Part shown: positions 17,502 through 26,780 of the stretch, piece after piece
Layout of the letters: the number at the start of each line of letters is the position of its first letter
Numbering within the stretch: the first letter of the stretch is position 1
Virus record (IMG/VR): IMGVR_UViG_3300031774_000002
DNA length: 64,000 bases
Reading direction: 5' to 3' (one strand)
Origin: an uncultured virus (IMG/VR IMGVR_UViG_3300031774_000002)
Taxonomy: Duplodnaviria; Heunggongvirae; Uroviricota; Caudoviricetes
Notes under the pieces: model-generated
Told to the model about the DNA's origin: nothing
The model's input: the letters and a program-made list of their open reading frames with translations, nothing else
Database searches by the model: none
Position numbers and translations under genes: made by a program

Positions 17502-18952
17502 AATTCTAATAACCTTTTGTTTATCTGTTCAAGTTCAGTCTGTGCTTCAAGCATTTTTTGCTTATAGCCCACACGCTCATTATACATCTTCTCCATCATC
17601 TCAGGCAAGAAACCTTGCTTGTCTTTTCTGAAGTATCTACCATTACCAGCCATAGCGAAACCATCTGGTGGTGTTTGTATATCACGATCAATTATATCCT
17701 CAACCGTGACATTTGTCAACCACTCATCTTCAACAAATGTTTCGGGTGATATATTGTACTGCATGATAAGGTGAGGATATAGTGAGTTCAAATCAAAACT
17801 CATAACCCAATCATGCATACCAACATGCGGATCTTTCACATAAGCACCAGCAAACTGAGAGTTTTTGATTGATTCGCTTTTTGGTGGTATGACAATATTC
17901 TTTGACATGAGATAATTATGTATAAGAACATCCCACATTGTAACTTGAGTGAAGACATCGTTGTAGTTCACTTTGGCATCATAAGCAATCGCCAACGCAC
18001 CTTCAATCAGCTTCATCTTATCTTCAAGCCTATCAACAAGCTCAACATCCTTTATGTTATAGTCAATAAACTTTTTGTAATCTAGTTTGTAGAGTTGATT
18101 CAAGTTATCATACTCTGAATAATCAATCTTCTTTTCGCCCAACTCAACTTCACCTATATGATCAAGACGATATGATTCCTGCTGTGAATATGTAAACTTC
18201 TTATACAGCTGGAGATAATCAAGCAAAGCAATCCCAGTCAACTCATAGATTGTCTCTTCACGATTAAAGTTCCGAATGGTACGCTCTTTGATCCATCCAT
18301 AAGGTGATAAACGCTTAACAAACTTTTCATCAAATAATCTGCCAATACGGTTTACAAGATATGGAATATCAAAACCCTCAATGTTCCACCCAGTAACAAT
18401 ATCAGGATCAAGTCTTTGCCACAAAGCAACAAAGGCTGATAATAATTTCTTCTCATCTCGACAGTTTATGTAGCTGACATTATCCTTTCCGCTGTCATCA
18501 TACTCACCAACACCCATTACATAATATTGACGCTTACCGTTGCGTGTTAAGGATAGTGTGATTGCTGTAACTTCTTGATCAGCTTTTTCTGGAGCAGGGA
18601 ATCCATCATCAGAGGCAACCTCAATATCGATATTAGCAATACGAATAACATCTGTGTCATACTCGCTACCAAATCGCTCATTGACACAAACATGTGCCCA
18701 TTTAGTTGAGCCATAGATCTTGAAGTTCGACACACCCTCATATTTTTGTACGAAATAACCAGCTTCACGAATATCACCAAGAGCGACTTCTTCAACATAG
18801 TCGCCCTCTAATGTTTTCCATTTAGTTGGTTTTGGTGACGGAACATACATTTTAGGATTGTAATCGATCTTATGATCAAATCGTCTGCCGTCTTGATATC
18901 CACGGATGTTTACTTTGTTCCCACGGACATGAGCATGAGTATAAAAATACAT
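17498..18952 (-). CDS. gp43: family B DNA polymerase, N-terminal subunit (gp43A)
   Basis: ExoI DIE, ExoII GWNIEGFD, ExoIII YNIKD, motif A SFDLNSLYP; ends in the fingers helix. Confidence 0.93.
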   Translation of the reverse strand: MYFYTHAHVRGNKVNIRGYQDGRRFDHKIDYNPKMYVPSPKPTKWKTLEGDYVEEVALGDIREAGYFVQKYEGVSNFKIYGSTKWAHVCVNERFGSEYDTDVIRIANIDIEVASDDGFPAPEKADQEVTAITLSLTRNGKRQYYVMGVGEYDDSGKDNVSYINCRDEKKLLSAFVALWQRLDPDIVTGWNIEGFDIPYLVNRIGRLFDEKFVKRLSPYGWIKERTIRNFNREETIYELTGIALLDYLQLYKKFTYSQQESYRLDHIGEVELGEKKIDYSEYDNLNQLYKLDYKKFIDYNIKDVELVDRLEDKMKLIEGALAIAYDAKVNYNDVFTQVTMWDVLIHNYLMSKNIVIPPKSESIKNSQFAGAYVKDPHVGMHDWVMSFDLNSLYPHLIMQYNISPETFVEDEWLTNVTVEDIIDRDIQTPPDGFAMAGNGRYFRKDKQGFLPEMMEKMYNERVGYKQKMLEAQTELEQINKRLLEL

Positions 18953-19387
18953 TTAGTCTTCACCAACCTCTTCAATTTCAAGTTCACCGTGCATTACAAC
19001 ATTTGATTCTTCAGAATCATATCCTTCCTCTTCAAGAAAGAAAAAACTATCTTCATCATATCCTTCTTGAAGAGCTTCCTTCTCATTATCGCTGAATTCA
19101 CCAACAAAGTCAATGTCAACTGAAATGCCATCCCATGTAGATTGAAACTCATGCTCTTCAAAATCATATGGCTCAAACTCATCGTCATCTTCAGCATACA
19201 TTGCAGCTTCAAGAGCATCGACTTCATCTTTATCTTGTGGCGTAACATTAACAGTCCCATTTCGCCATAGTGTACTTATAATTATTTGTTGTTTTTGGTC
19301 ATCACAATGAGTAAATGTCTCAGACTCTACGAAACATTTTTTGTATGCTGGCGAAACAGCATATGTTTTACCGATTTTTATTTCCAT
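18953..19387 (-). CDS. acidic hypothetical protein (paralog of 26781..27206)
   Basis: 144 aa in operon context. Confidence 0.65.
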   Translation of the reverse strand: MEIKIGKTYAVSPAYKKCFVESETFTHCDDQKQQIIISTLWRNGTVNVTPQDKDEVDALEAAMYAEDDDEFEPYDFEEHEFQSTWDGISVDIDFVGEFSDNEKEALQEGYDEDSFFFLEEEGYDSEESNVVMHGELEIEEVGED

Positions 19388-19388
19388 C

Positions 19389-19976
19389 TCACTCTCCTAT
19401 AATCATATTATAAATGTCATTCCAATTATTGGCTCTTGTTCCATTATACTCTTTATTGTATCTATGGTCAACCAAAATACTTTTTAGACCAAACCTTGTT
19501 CCTAACTCAGCATTGGCAGGCTTATCTTCAATCCACCAACACTCACTGTCTCTGTACTTTAACAAAGCATCATCTTTATCAGCACCACACTCAAGGCATG
19601 TCAAAACTTCAAATACACCTCTACCAAAAACGCTGTCCAGATTTCTCTGTCTCAGAGCAATAGCTTTATCATCATCCGACATAGAAGTGATACAGTGGAA
19701 TACATAACCATGCTCTTCATGTAACTTGCGAACATACTTCACCGCATCTCTTAATGGTGGAATATCTTCCATCCATGCACTTTCATTGAAGTGACGAACC
19801 AATGGCTTTGTCTCTTCACGACTAACACCATATCGCTTGTGTACCTTATAAAGATCTCTATATCCATCAACAGTTTTGAAACCTTTTTTATCCATCCAAG
19901 AACTGAAGGAATGCTCCCAATCAAGAAGCACTCCATCACAGTCAGTTAAAATTACTTTATCAAAAGTAGCATACAT
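19389..19976 (-). CDS. HAD-family phosphatase / 5'(3')-nucleotidase-like
   Basis: DCDGVL (DxD), WIEDK. Confidence 0.8.
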   Translation of the reverse strand: MYATFDKVILTDCDGVLLDWEHSFSSWMDKKGFKTVDGYRDLYKVHKRYGVSREETKPLVRHFNESAWMEDIPPLRDAVKYVRKLHEEHGYVFHCITSMSDDDKAIALRQRNLDSVFGRGVFEVLTCLECGADKDDALLKYRDSECWWIEDKPANAELGTRFGLKSILVDHRYNKEYNGTRANNWNDIYNMIIGE

Positions 19977-20176
19977 TAAAATTTCTCACTGTATTTTTTA
20001 TCAGTTAATGCAAAACCAACAAACATTTGATTAATCAAAATTAACATAACAAACGCTGTTGATAATAAAACTTGATCTTGTGACATACCTAAAACTTTAG
20101 CACCATAACCAAAAAACAATCCTGTTGGTACATACATAAAAATGGCAAACGCCAATTTGAGATTTAATTTACTCAT
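19976..20176 (-). CDS. small membrane protein
   Basis: 66 aa, two hydrophobic segments, overlaps neighbours. Confidence 0.55.
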   Translation of the reverse strand: MSKLNLKLAFAIFMYVPTGLFFGYGAKVLGMSQDQVLLSTAFVMLILINQMFVGFALTDKKYSEKF

Positions 20177-21009
20177 TCAGTTTCCTCATGATTTTTAAAT
20201 TTAATGTTTTGCTCTTTTTCTCGAGCATCTCTTTCATACTGAGATCTATACACATCATTGATCTCAATAACTTTGGACAACAAGCTCATTTTATCAGTGA
20301 AGCGAACAAACGCACTCGTGTCTTTTGGAAAACACGCTCCACCAAAACCTTTCTTGCCGTCAAATCCTGGAACTTTAGTGTGTGAAACATTGATTCTTTT
20401 GTCTGCACCGACTGCCTTGATTACTTCATTGAAGTTCACATTGTCATGCGTATTACAAGCATCATAAAGCTGATTGAAAAATACAACTTTAGTTGCCAAG
20501 AAAGAGTTGATTGCATACTTAACAAAACTCGCTTCTTCTTTGCTGAGTATATATGAAGGACAGTGATTGCATAGACTGTGTGTCTCATAATAACTCTTCA
20601 ACTTCTTACAAATTTCTATGTGACCTCCAAAGATATGAAACTCTGGATTAACAAACTGTTCACACGCTGACCTCTCAGTCAAAAACTCTGGGTTGTAGAC
20701 GATATTGACTTCATCATACTTACCGATAATCGATGGTGTCACTGTAGACTTAATAGCAATTATACCTGACATCCCATCTATCTTCTCAATAACATCATCA
20801 AGGATGGATGTGTCAATATCACCATCATCTTGCATCGGAGTAGGAACACAAATGAATGTTAAGTCAGGAGACCAGATTTTAAGGTCATCGATTTTATCTG
20901 ATTCTGAACCATATTTTGGATCAATTATTTTCTTTTCAACAAATGGACTGCTGAATCCATATTCAACAGCCTTACCAACAAAACCGTGACCAATGATTGC
21001 TATTTTCAT
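20173..21009 (-). CDS. UDP-glucose/GDP-mannose dehydrogenase family (short form)
   Basis: GHGFVG, CVPTP, KSTV, NPEFL, GFGGACFPKD. Confidence 0.9.
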   Translation of the reverse strand: MKIAIIGHGFVGKAVEYGFSSPFVEKKIIDPKYGSESDKIDDLKIWSPDLTFICVPTPMQDDGDIDTSILDDVIEKIDGMSGIIAIKSTVTPSIIGKYDEVNIVYNPEFLTERSACEQFVNPEFHIFGGHIEICKKLKSYYETHSLCNHCPSYILSKEEASFVKYAINSFLATKVVFFNQLYDACNTHDNVNFNEVIKAVGADKRINVSHTKVPGFDGKKGFGGACFPKDTSAFVRFTDKMSLLSKVIEINDVYRSQYERDAREKEQNIKFKNHEETE

Positions 21010-21419
21010 TCAGCACCTTGCAACTCAACATAGCCATAATTTTCACGACCACCTTGCGGAAGCATCGTGAAACTTTCCTCAACTGGAATAGTCCAGTGAG
21101 TTGGTCTGCGAGTAGCAACCCACTTACCGTCTTCTTTCTTCAAGAACCATGGAGCTTCCCAATGTTCCCATGTAACATCAACATCATCAACAATTACCCA
21201 ATCAATGATGTACTCTTGCGAACCCTCATCAGAAGATTCAATTAAATCGCGGACAGAATCAACCAAATCACTACCCGACAATGCGTCAGCAACCGAGATA
21301 TTCTCAATAACATACTCGGAACCACCTTTTGACTTCCAATACTGAGGACACTCACCCTCACCATCCCAGTCGTGAGCACCATAGTTTTCGCGATATTGAG
21401 TATTGATTACTAATTTCAT
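21006..21419 (-). CDS. hypothetical protein
   Basis: TQYRENYGAHDWDG...YWKSKGG. Confidence 0.65.
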   Translation of the reverse strand: MKLVINTQYRENYGAHDWDGEGECPQYWKSKGGSEYVIENISVADALSGSDLVDSVRDLIESSDEGSQEYIIDWVIVDDVDVTWEHWEAPWFLKKEDGKWVATRRPTHWTIPVEESFTMLPQGGRENYGYVELQGAE

Positions 21420-21622
21420 GATGATTCCTCTTTAGATAATTGACCGTCAGATAAAGTATAGATAAGAACATTTGAAGACGTTTCGGGATTTTTGAAGACA
21501 GTAAGTTCATAACCATTGAAACAAATAACATCTTCAGTTGTTTTACCAGATTCGTAATCAGATTCGATACGCTTTTTGAGACTGGAAAGGCTATCCCACT
21601 TTTTAGAACAATAATCAATCAT
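21416..21622 (-). CDS. hypothetical protein
   Basis: start moved to ATG 21622 because a promoter covers the longer ORF start; ATGA overlap with the next gene. Confidence 0.5.
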   Translation of the reverse strand: MIDYCSKKWDSLSSLKKRIESDYESGKTTEDVICFNGYELTVFKNPETSSNVLIYTLSDGQLSKEESS

Positions 21623-21657
21623 AAAAAATCTCACAGAGGGGGAAGGAACAAGATACA

Positions 21658-21686
21658 ATTATAGTTCAAACTCAAACTTAAAGCAA
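21658..21686 (-). promoter_or_regulatory. sigma70-type promoter
   Basis: TTGCTT-N17-TATAAT. Confidence 0.6.
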
Positions 21687-21703
21687 GGTAAATTTTTGGC
21701 TTT

Positions 21704-21916
21704 TTAGACCTGACTCGCTTCAGTACGGTATGCGAGATCAAGAGTCCTGACATTTTCCTCGTGCATCTGGAGCAACTCAGCATGGGTGTATATATCATAC
21801 CCAGTGAACAAGATTTCCTTCCCCTCGCACGCTCCAGAGGTGTCTCCGAAGTCTTTAGTGGTTAAGGCATCAACATCAAGGCTTAAAAGATTAGCAAGCT
21901 CAGTGGTGGTCAACAT
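21704..21916 (-). CDS. small hypothetical (putative early) protein
   Basis: 70 aa, SD GAGAGGAGAG, own promoter. Confidence 0.65.
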   Translation of the reverse strand: MLTTTELANLLSLDVDALTTKDFGDTSGACEGKEILFTGYDIYTHAELLQMHEENVRTLDLAYRTEASQV

Positions 21917-21946
21917 AGGTCTCTCCTCTCATCAATTTATAAGAGA

Positions 21947-21975
21947 ATTCTACCCTATATTTGATCTCTGGACAA
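21947..21975 (-). promoter_or_regulatory. putative early promoter
   Basis: TTGTCC-N17-TAGAAT; same class at 33562 and 35920. Confidence 0.7.
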
Positions 21976-22031
21976 GACTTTTTTTAAACTATTTTTGTCT
22001 AAAAATGGACTTTCTTATAGCTTTTTAGCAT

Positions 22032-22056
22032 AAAAAAAGGGGACTATTTAGTCCCC
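22032..22056 (-). terminator. intrinsic terminator
   Basis: GGGGACT-AAAT-AGTCCCC-TTTTTTT. Confidence 0.85.
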
Positions 22057-22081
22057 AATATTAGTGTAAAAAATAACCTAT

Positions 22082-22615
22082 TTAGCCTAATGGTGAAGAT
22101 GCAGCGTCTAGCCCATCCCAGAGATTATCAAGCTCTGTTTTGAACTTGCCTTGAGTCTTTTCAAATTCTTTAATCGCATCTGCCATCTTTTTATATTCGT
22201 TGCGGACTTCGATCCAATCCTTTTCTAGCTTCGCTACCTTTTCCGTTGAGGCTTTTGCATCATCCAAAACCTCTTGTTGCCTTTTGCCAATATTCTCAAG
22301 CATTGTTTGAAGCTCTGCTAGTTTGCCTTGCAGATGACTTATGTTGTTATCTTCAATCTTTGTTTCAATTGCTGTCAATTTAATTTGTTCAGACTCAAGA
22401 GTAACTCTTAATGTTTCAATTGCTTCGTTCGAGATAGTTGATACAGTTTCTTCTAATGCAGAAAGATTTTCTTCTATAACACCAACCTTTGAATAAAATT
22501 CTGATATAGCCCAAATACCACCACTAATGGTAGTGATAATAGACACCATGATTGCGATGTAAATCCCCTTAAATTTTACACCACCAATATTAAGTTCTGT
22601 TTCTTCGAGACTCAT
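22082..22615 (-). CDS. membrane-anchored coiled-coil protein
   Basis: N-terminal TM (IYIAIMVSIITTISGGIWAI) then heptad-rich helix. Confidence 0.7.
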   Translation of the reverse strand: MSLEETELNIGGVKFKGIYIAIMVSIITTISGGIWAISEFYSKVGVIEENLSALEETVSTISNEAIETLRVTLESEQIKLTAIETKIEDNNISHLQGKLAELQTMLENIGKRQQEVLDDAKASTEKVAKLEKDWIEVRNEYKKMADAIKEFEKTQGKFKTELDNLWDGLDAASSPLG

Positions 22616-22627
22616 ATACTACTCCTA

Positions 22628-23866
22628 TTATGGTCCAGGATCTGAAATGGGTGGTGGGGGTGTTGTATTACCATCACCACTAAATGTTGGGTCAGGATTG
22701 AAAGCACCTGGATTTCCATCTGAAGCACCATTCATTGCTCCAGTCACCATTGTGCTTGGTCCAGTTGAACCCAAGTTTCCGTTGTCGTTATTAAACTGTG
22801 TTATATCAATTGATGCATCTTGAGTAACAATCACTTCTGTGACTAATCCAACAGGATCATATAATTTTGCATTAACATTATATCCTGGAGCTACTGCTGC
22901 ATATGATTCTCCAGTTCCATAACTATAAGCACTATACATGTCATTCACATCAACTGGGGGTGTATCTCCATAGAACCCATCATATATTTCAGTTGTTGCT
23001 TGTGTCCAATTCACCTCACCTTCGTTATTAAAGAACATACCTTGTAACACAGTGTCAGTAGCATTATCCCATGTGATAGTCATTTGATCTGTCCAAGCAT
23101 CATAAGAGACTGTTGAACTGGTTATATTAGATAATGTTGCAGCAGCATCGTAGTTGATCATCGCGAGAGCTGCAGCATCCTGACTAGCCCAAAGTGACGC
23201 AGTTGCAGCCTGTGCTTTATCCTCAATTGTATCCAATGATTGGTTAAATGTTTGTACTGTTGACTGATCAATCTGCACATCGTTTGCTCGAATATAATTT
23301 TGTAGATCAATTCTTTCTTCGTCTGATTGTGCATTAATTGCTTCAGTGTAGATTGCTTCAGCTTTACTAATCTCAGTTGCAGCATCGGCAAACATATCAA
23401 TTGCTGCATCCATTTCATCTTTATTGTCTTCATAACTTTGTACTAATAAATGCTCTGCACTATAATAATTTGCATTTACAATGTCAAGAATCGACTGGTT
23501 GTAATATGCAGCTTCGATCAGATCTATCTTGTGTGCATCTGTTCTTCCCGCAACTGGAACGATTGCTTCATTTGCGAGTGATGCATCATTAGGTGTCATC
23601 ATACTCATTTCAACAACACTTGCTTGTGCATTACTTACTTGTGTGTTGATGTAATTAGCAGTGTTCACCAACTCTTGGATCTCTACATAATCACCAGTTG
23701 GTCTTAAAGGATTGATTCCTGGATCAATTAAATTGCCAAATGTTAAACTTTGAATTGATGTGCCTTGCGGATTACCAAATGACAGTGCGGTAACGATCAG
23801 AGATAGACTTGCCACTACCATCATCGCCATTTTTCGCATGTTCACCATTTCCGTTACCATTCGCAT
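22628..23866 (-). CDS. putative exported acidic protein (true start probably near 23839)
   Basis: signal-peptide-like MRKMAMMVVASLSLIVTALSFG; almost no K/R in the mature part. Confidence 0.65.
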   Translation of the reverse strand: MRMVTEMVNMRKMAMMVVASLSLIVTALSFGNPQGTSIQSLTFGNLIDPGINPLRPTGDYVEIQELVNTANYINTQVSNAQASVVEMSMMTPNDASLANEAIVPVAGRTDAHKIDLIEAAYYNQSILDIVNANYYSAEHLLVQSYEDNKDEMDAAIDMFADAATEISKAEAIYTEAINAQSDEERIDLQNYIRANDVQIDQSTVQTFNQSLDTIEDKAQAATASLWASQDAAALAMINYDAAATLSNITSSTVSYDAWTDQMTITWDNATDTVLQGMFFNNEGEVNWTQATTEIYDGFYGDTPPVDVNDMYSAYSYGTGESYAAVAPGYNVNAKLYDPVGLVTEVIVTQDASIDITQFNNDNGNLGSTGPSTMVTGAMNGASDGNPGAFNPDPTFSGDGNTTPPPPISDPGP

Positions 23867-24449
23867 ATTCTCCTATTCCGAGTATCGTGTGATAATATAT
23901 TTTTTTATCCTTATCCAATTTTTTATAATTAGGAATAAAGATTTCAGGTTTTGTTTTTAACATCACAAAAGCAGATTTACCAACAATCACCTTTCCTTTC
24001 ACTACAATTGGACAAGGTGTGCCACTCAACAACATTGCTTCCCATGTAGCAGCAGATTGACACATTCGTGTTATAGCTGCAATTTTCATGTTAAGTGTAA
24101 AGAGCATTTGAGCATCCTTTCTTCTATTACACTCTTCATCTTGTATGTAATCGCCTTTACTAAAACCTATAACTGTTGTTTGAGCACCAGCAGACTTTGA
24201 TTTCAGACAACTATCATTACCAGCCGACATTAATGATGGTGCGGTCGCTGTTGCTACTGGAATCTCACTTGCACTTCCAGCACCATTATATTGATTAGTG
24301 TTTGTGACAGTTTCATTGTTGGAGTCCACAGTCGCACCTTGCTGGTTTGTGTTTAAATCACCAGACTGTGTGCTACTATTATTACTGTCTACATCCTGTG
24401 CAACTGCTACATTACAAAACAATAGCAAAGATATAATATATTTTCTCAT
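23772..24449 (-). CDS. putative exported Cys-containing protein
   Basis: signal peptide MRKYIISLLLFCNVAVA, N/T-rich linker, several Cys. Confidence 0.7.
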   Translation of the reverse strand: MRKYIISLLLFCNVAVAQDVDSNNSSTQSGDLNTNQQGATVDSNNETVTNTNQYNGAGSASEIPVATATAPSLMSAGNDSCLKSKSAGAQTTVIGFSKGDYIQDEECNRRKDAQMLFTLNMKIAAITRMCQSAATWEAMLLSGTPCPIVVKGKVIVGKSAFVMLKTKPEIFIPNYKKLDKDKKIYYHTILGIGEYANGNGNGEHAKNGDDGSGKSISDRYRTVIW

Positions 24450-24483
24450 TCCAATCCTTCACAATCAGTTTCAACTTTATTAC

Positions 24484-24491
24484 TATTTATA
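24484..24491 (-). promoter_or_regulatory. T4-type late promoter TATAAATA
   Basis: exact consensus upstream of 24449. Confidence 0.8.
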
Positions 24492-24535
24492 ACAATTAAT
24501 GTCTTTTATGAGCTAAGTATTAATACCTATACAAC

Positions 24536-24564
24536 AAAAAACACGACAAAAGCCGTGTTTTTTT
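24536..24564 (-). terminator. intrinsic terminator after lysozyme
   Basis: ACACGGC-TTTT-GTCGTGT-TTTTT, A/T tracts on both sides. Confidence 0.75.
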
Positions 24565-24579
24565 CAATCTAAAACACAT

Positions 24580-25023
24580 TTATGATATAGATTCTAATCG
24601 AACCATTAATCTTTCAGCACGATTTGTTACTTGTTTATGCCATCGAGAGTCTCGACCTTGAACTGCTGCTTCTTGCCAATCACCAACTTCGGCTGCAGCT
24701 ACCATTTTCTTAAACTTACTCAGGCGAGTACGACCCATGTTAAACATCATGTTTGCGAATACTTGTTTTGCTTCTTCAGGATAATCTTCCCAACTCTCAA
24801 AACAAATTTCACAATCTGCTAATACGACTTGAACATCTTTATCAAATACTTCAAATACACGCTCTTCAGAGACTGGTGTACCAACTTCTTGACCATGCTC
24901 TGGATCTGAATCTAGAACCAAATGACCAATACCAAATGTGGCATAACCTAGATGGTCGTGGTATATTTCATTTACTTGACCTTCATCGATTACAAGTTGT
25001 TCTCTTAATTTTACAATATCCAT
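24580..25023 (-). CDS. T4-type lysozyme (GH24)
   Basis: DEG...YHDHLGYATFGIGH, NMMFNMG, DSRWHKQVTNRA; start set at the ATG after SD AGGAGA. Confidence 0.9.
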   Translation of the reverse strand: MDIVKLREQLVIDEGQVNEIYHDHLGYATFGIGHLVLDSDPEHGQEVGTPVSEERVFEVFDKDVQVVLADCEICFESWEDYPEEAKQVFANMMFNMGRTRLSKFKKMVAAAEVGDWQEAAVQGRDSRWHKQVTNRAERLMVRLESIS

Positions 25024-25031
25024 AATCTCTC

Positions 25032-25406
25032 CTATAAGAATTTTTCTAAATCTGGTTTCCAATAATTTGGACCTTTAAGAATCTTGCCATCTTCTCGATA
25101 AATTGGTTTGCCATCTTCACCGAGTTTACTCATATTAGATTCGTGGACTTCATCAAATGTTGCATCTAGATCGATACCATATGCAGCACCAGCACCATAA
25201 ACAACATATAATAAATCAGTAAGAGCGTCTGCGATTTCTGCTAAATCTTTTTTCTCTACAGCTTCACATAATTCTTCTAATTCTTCAGATATTAATTCAA
25301 TACGCAAGCTCGCAACATCATCATCTACAAACTCAGCATCATCTTTGACCGCTTGTCCAAATGTTTGCATGAACTCACGAACTTTGTTATAATTAGTATT
25401 TGACAT
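25032..25406 (-). CDS. MazG-like/PRA-PH nucleotide pyrophosphohydrolase
   Basis: LISEELEEL, IADALTDLLYV, VHESNMSK, REDGKILKG. Confidence 0.85.
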   Translation of the reverse strand: MSNTNYNKVREFMQTFGQAVKDDAEFVDDDVASLRIELISEELEELCEAVEKKDLAEIADALTDLLYVVYGAGAAYGIDLDATFDEVHESNMSKLGEDGKPIYREDGKILKGPNYWKPDLEKFL

Positions 25407-25407
25407 A

Positions 25408-25797
25408 TTATTGTTTTTTACCAATGTTGTATTTTGTTTCAAGATTCCAGTCAGCTTTGTCCTTGTACGGCAAAACTTTAATTTGGTTCAAAGGAGCAAT
25501 TAGCTCTTTTGTTTTATCATCATCCACCAACTTTATCAATCCCCACTCAGCCAACAAGTTCGCAATAGTATTGCGTCTTGCAACATCTTCATCACCAAAA
25601 TTACTAGGCTTACCATCAAGGGCAAACAACTCTTTAAAGTGGACAATGTAATACTTACCTTGCTTATGCAAGATATGGCACGATTGATATAGGGTTTTGT
25701 TTTTATGAGATGCAACACCGATTCGTGTTAGTGTTTCTCGAATCTTTAGAAAATCATCATCATTCTTTAGTATAACTTCCACTAGACTATCCAGCAT
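25408..25797 (-). CDS. regA: translational repressor
   Basis: DDFLKIRETLTRIG, LYQSCHILHKQGKYYIVHFKELF. Confidence 0.95.
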   Translation of the reverse strand: MLDSLVEVILKNDDDFLKIRETLTRIGVASHKNKTLYQSCHILHKQGKYYIVHFKELFALDGKPSNFGDEDVARRNTIANLLAEWGLIKLVDDDKTKELIAPLNQIKVLPYKDKADWNLETKYNIGKKQ

Positions 25798-26185
25798 TTT
25801 TACCACCCTTATCTATTCTTCTTTTTATATCGCTGATTTGATCATCAGAAAGAATAGCAAGGGCTTGTTGGGTTTTAACATCGTTATAACCATAATACTC
25901 TTTAACACACGCCACATCACTGTCTTTCTGCTTCTTTTCCCATTTAGCATAACGCTTTTTTGGTCTAACAGTATTTATAAAAAAGTGGAACTGTGGCTTT
26001 TTATCTAAGTAGTGGCGTGTATTCATTTCGTTGGCAAGACCAACAGTATCTGCATGGTATGACAATGCACGATTTGTTAGGAAAGGTTCATAACCTTTCT
26101 CAGCAAGTTTATCATTATCAGTTCCAGTCATCAAGTCGACTTTGGAAGTGTTAATGGCATTAATGTAATCAAATGGATTAGACAA
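25787..26185 (-). CDS. gp62: clamp loader small subunit
   Basis: PFDYINAIN, PFLTNRALS, EYYGYN; upstream of regA. Confidence 0.9.
   Translation of the reverse strand: MSNPFDYINAINTSKVDLMTGTDNDKLAEKGYEPFLTNRALSYHADTVGLANEMNTRHYLDKKPQFHFFINTVRPKKRYAKWEKKQKDSDVACVKEYYGYNDVKTQQALAILSDDQISDIKRRIDKGGKNAG
25972..25979 (-). promoter_or_regulatory. late promoter consensus inside gp62
   Basis: TATAAATA upstream of regA-MazG-lysozyme. Confidence 0.45.
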
Positions 26186-26186
26186 T

Positions 26187-26777
26187 TTATTCTCCAGCAA
26201 CAATGTTGATGAGCTTTTGCATGCGCATCACATCCATAACAATATCATGGCGTGGGTCATGTCCAACAAATTTATCAGCTAACTCCTCAGGAACAAAAGT
26301 GTTCTTTAGTGGAGAGCCATAAGACAAACCTTCAATGAATGATCGAGTATCTCGAATCAACCACCAGTCAAATGGATCTTTCTCATCAGAGTGAGCAAGC
26401 AGTGTGCGAAGAAAGATGGGATCAAATGAATTACCTCTTGTCCAAACCTTTCTTACTGGTTCAACATCAATCTTATCACAGAACCAATTATACAACTCTT
26501 TAATAGATTTGTCAAGAGGAGACGGTTTCAATAAAGCCTGAGCTTCTTTGGGTTGATTCTTCCACCAGTCTAGTGTACTCTTTTGGATAGTGCGACCAAG
26601 CTCAATCTGTTCAGCAACATCAAAGCGAATCATATGTGAATCATCAAGCAACTCTTCATATTCATATGGGTTAGTTAAGAATCTTTTCTCATCATATTGC
26701 AAGACAGCCAAGCTAACCGCAACACCATTCACCATATCTTGACTTAATGTTTCGAAGTCATATATCACACTATTCAT
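26187..26777 (-). CDS. DexA-like 3'-5' exonuclease (DEDDh)
   Basis: YDFETL, RGNSFD, IRDTRS, HDPRHD. Confidence 0.8.
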   Translation of the reverse strand: MNSVIYDFETLSQDMVNGVAVSLAVLQYDEKRFLTNPYEYEELLDDSHMIRFDVAEQIELGRTIQKSTLDWWKNQPKEAQALLKPSPLDKSIKELYNWFCDKIDVEPVRKVWTRGNSFDPIFLRTLLAHSDEKDPFDWWLIRDTRSFIEGLSYGSPLKNTFVPEELADKFVGHDPRHDIVMDVMRMQKLINIVAGE

Positions 26778-26780
26778 AGT

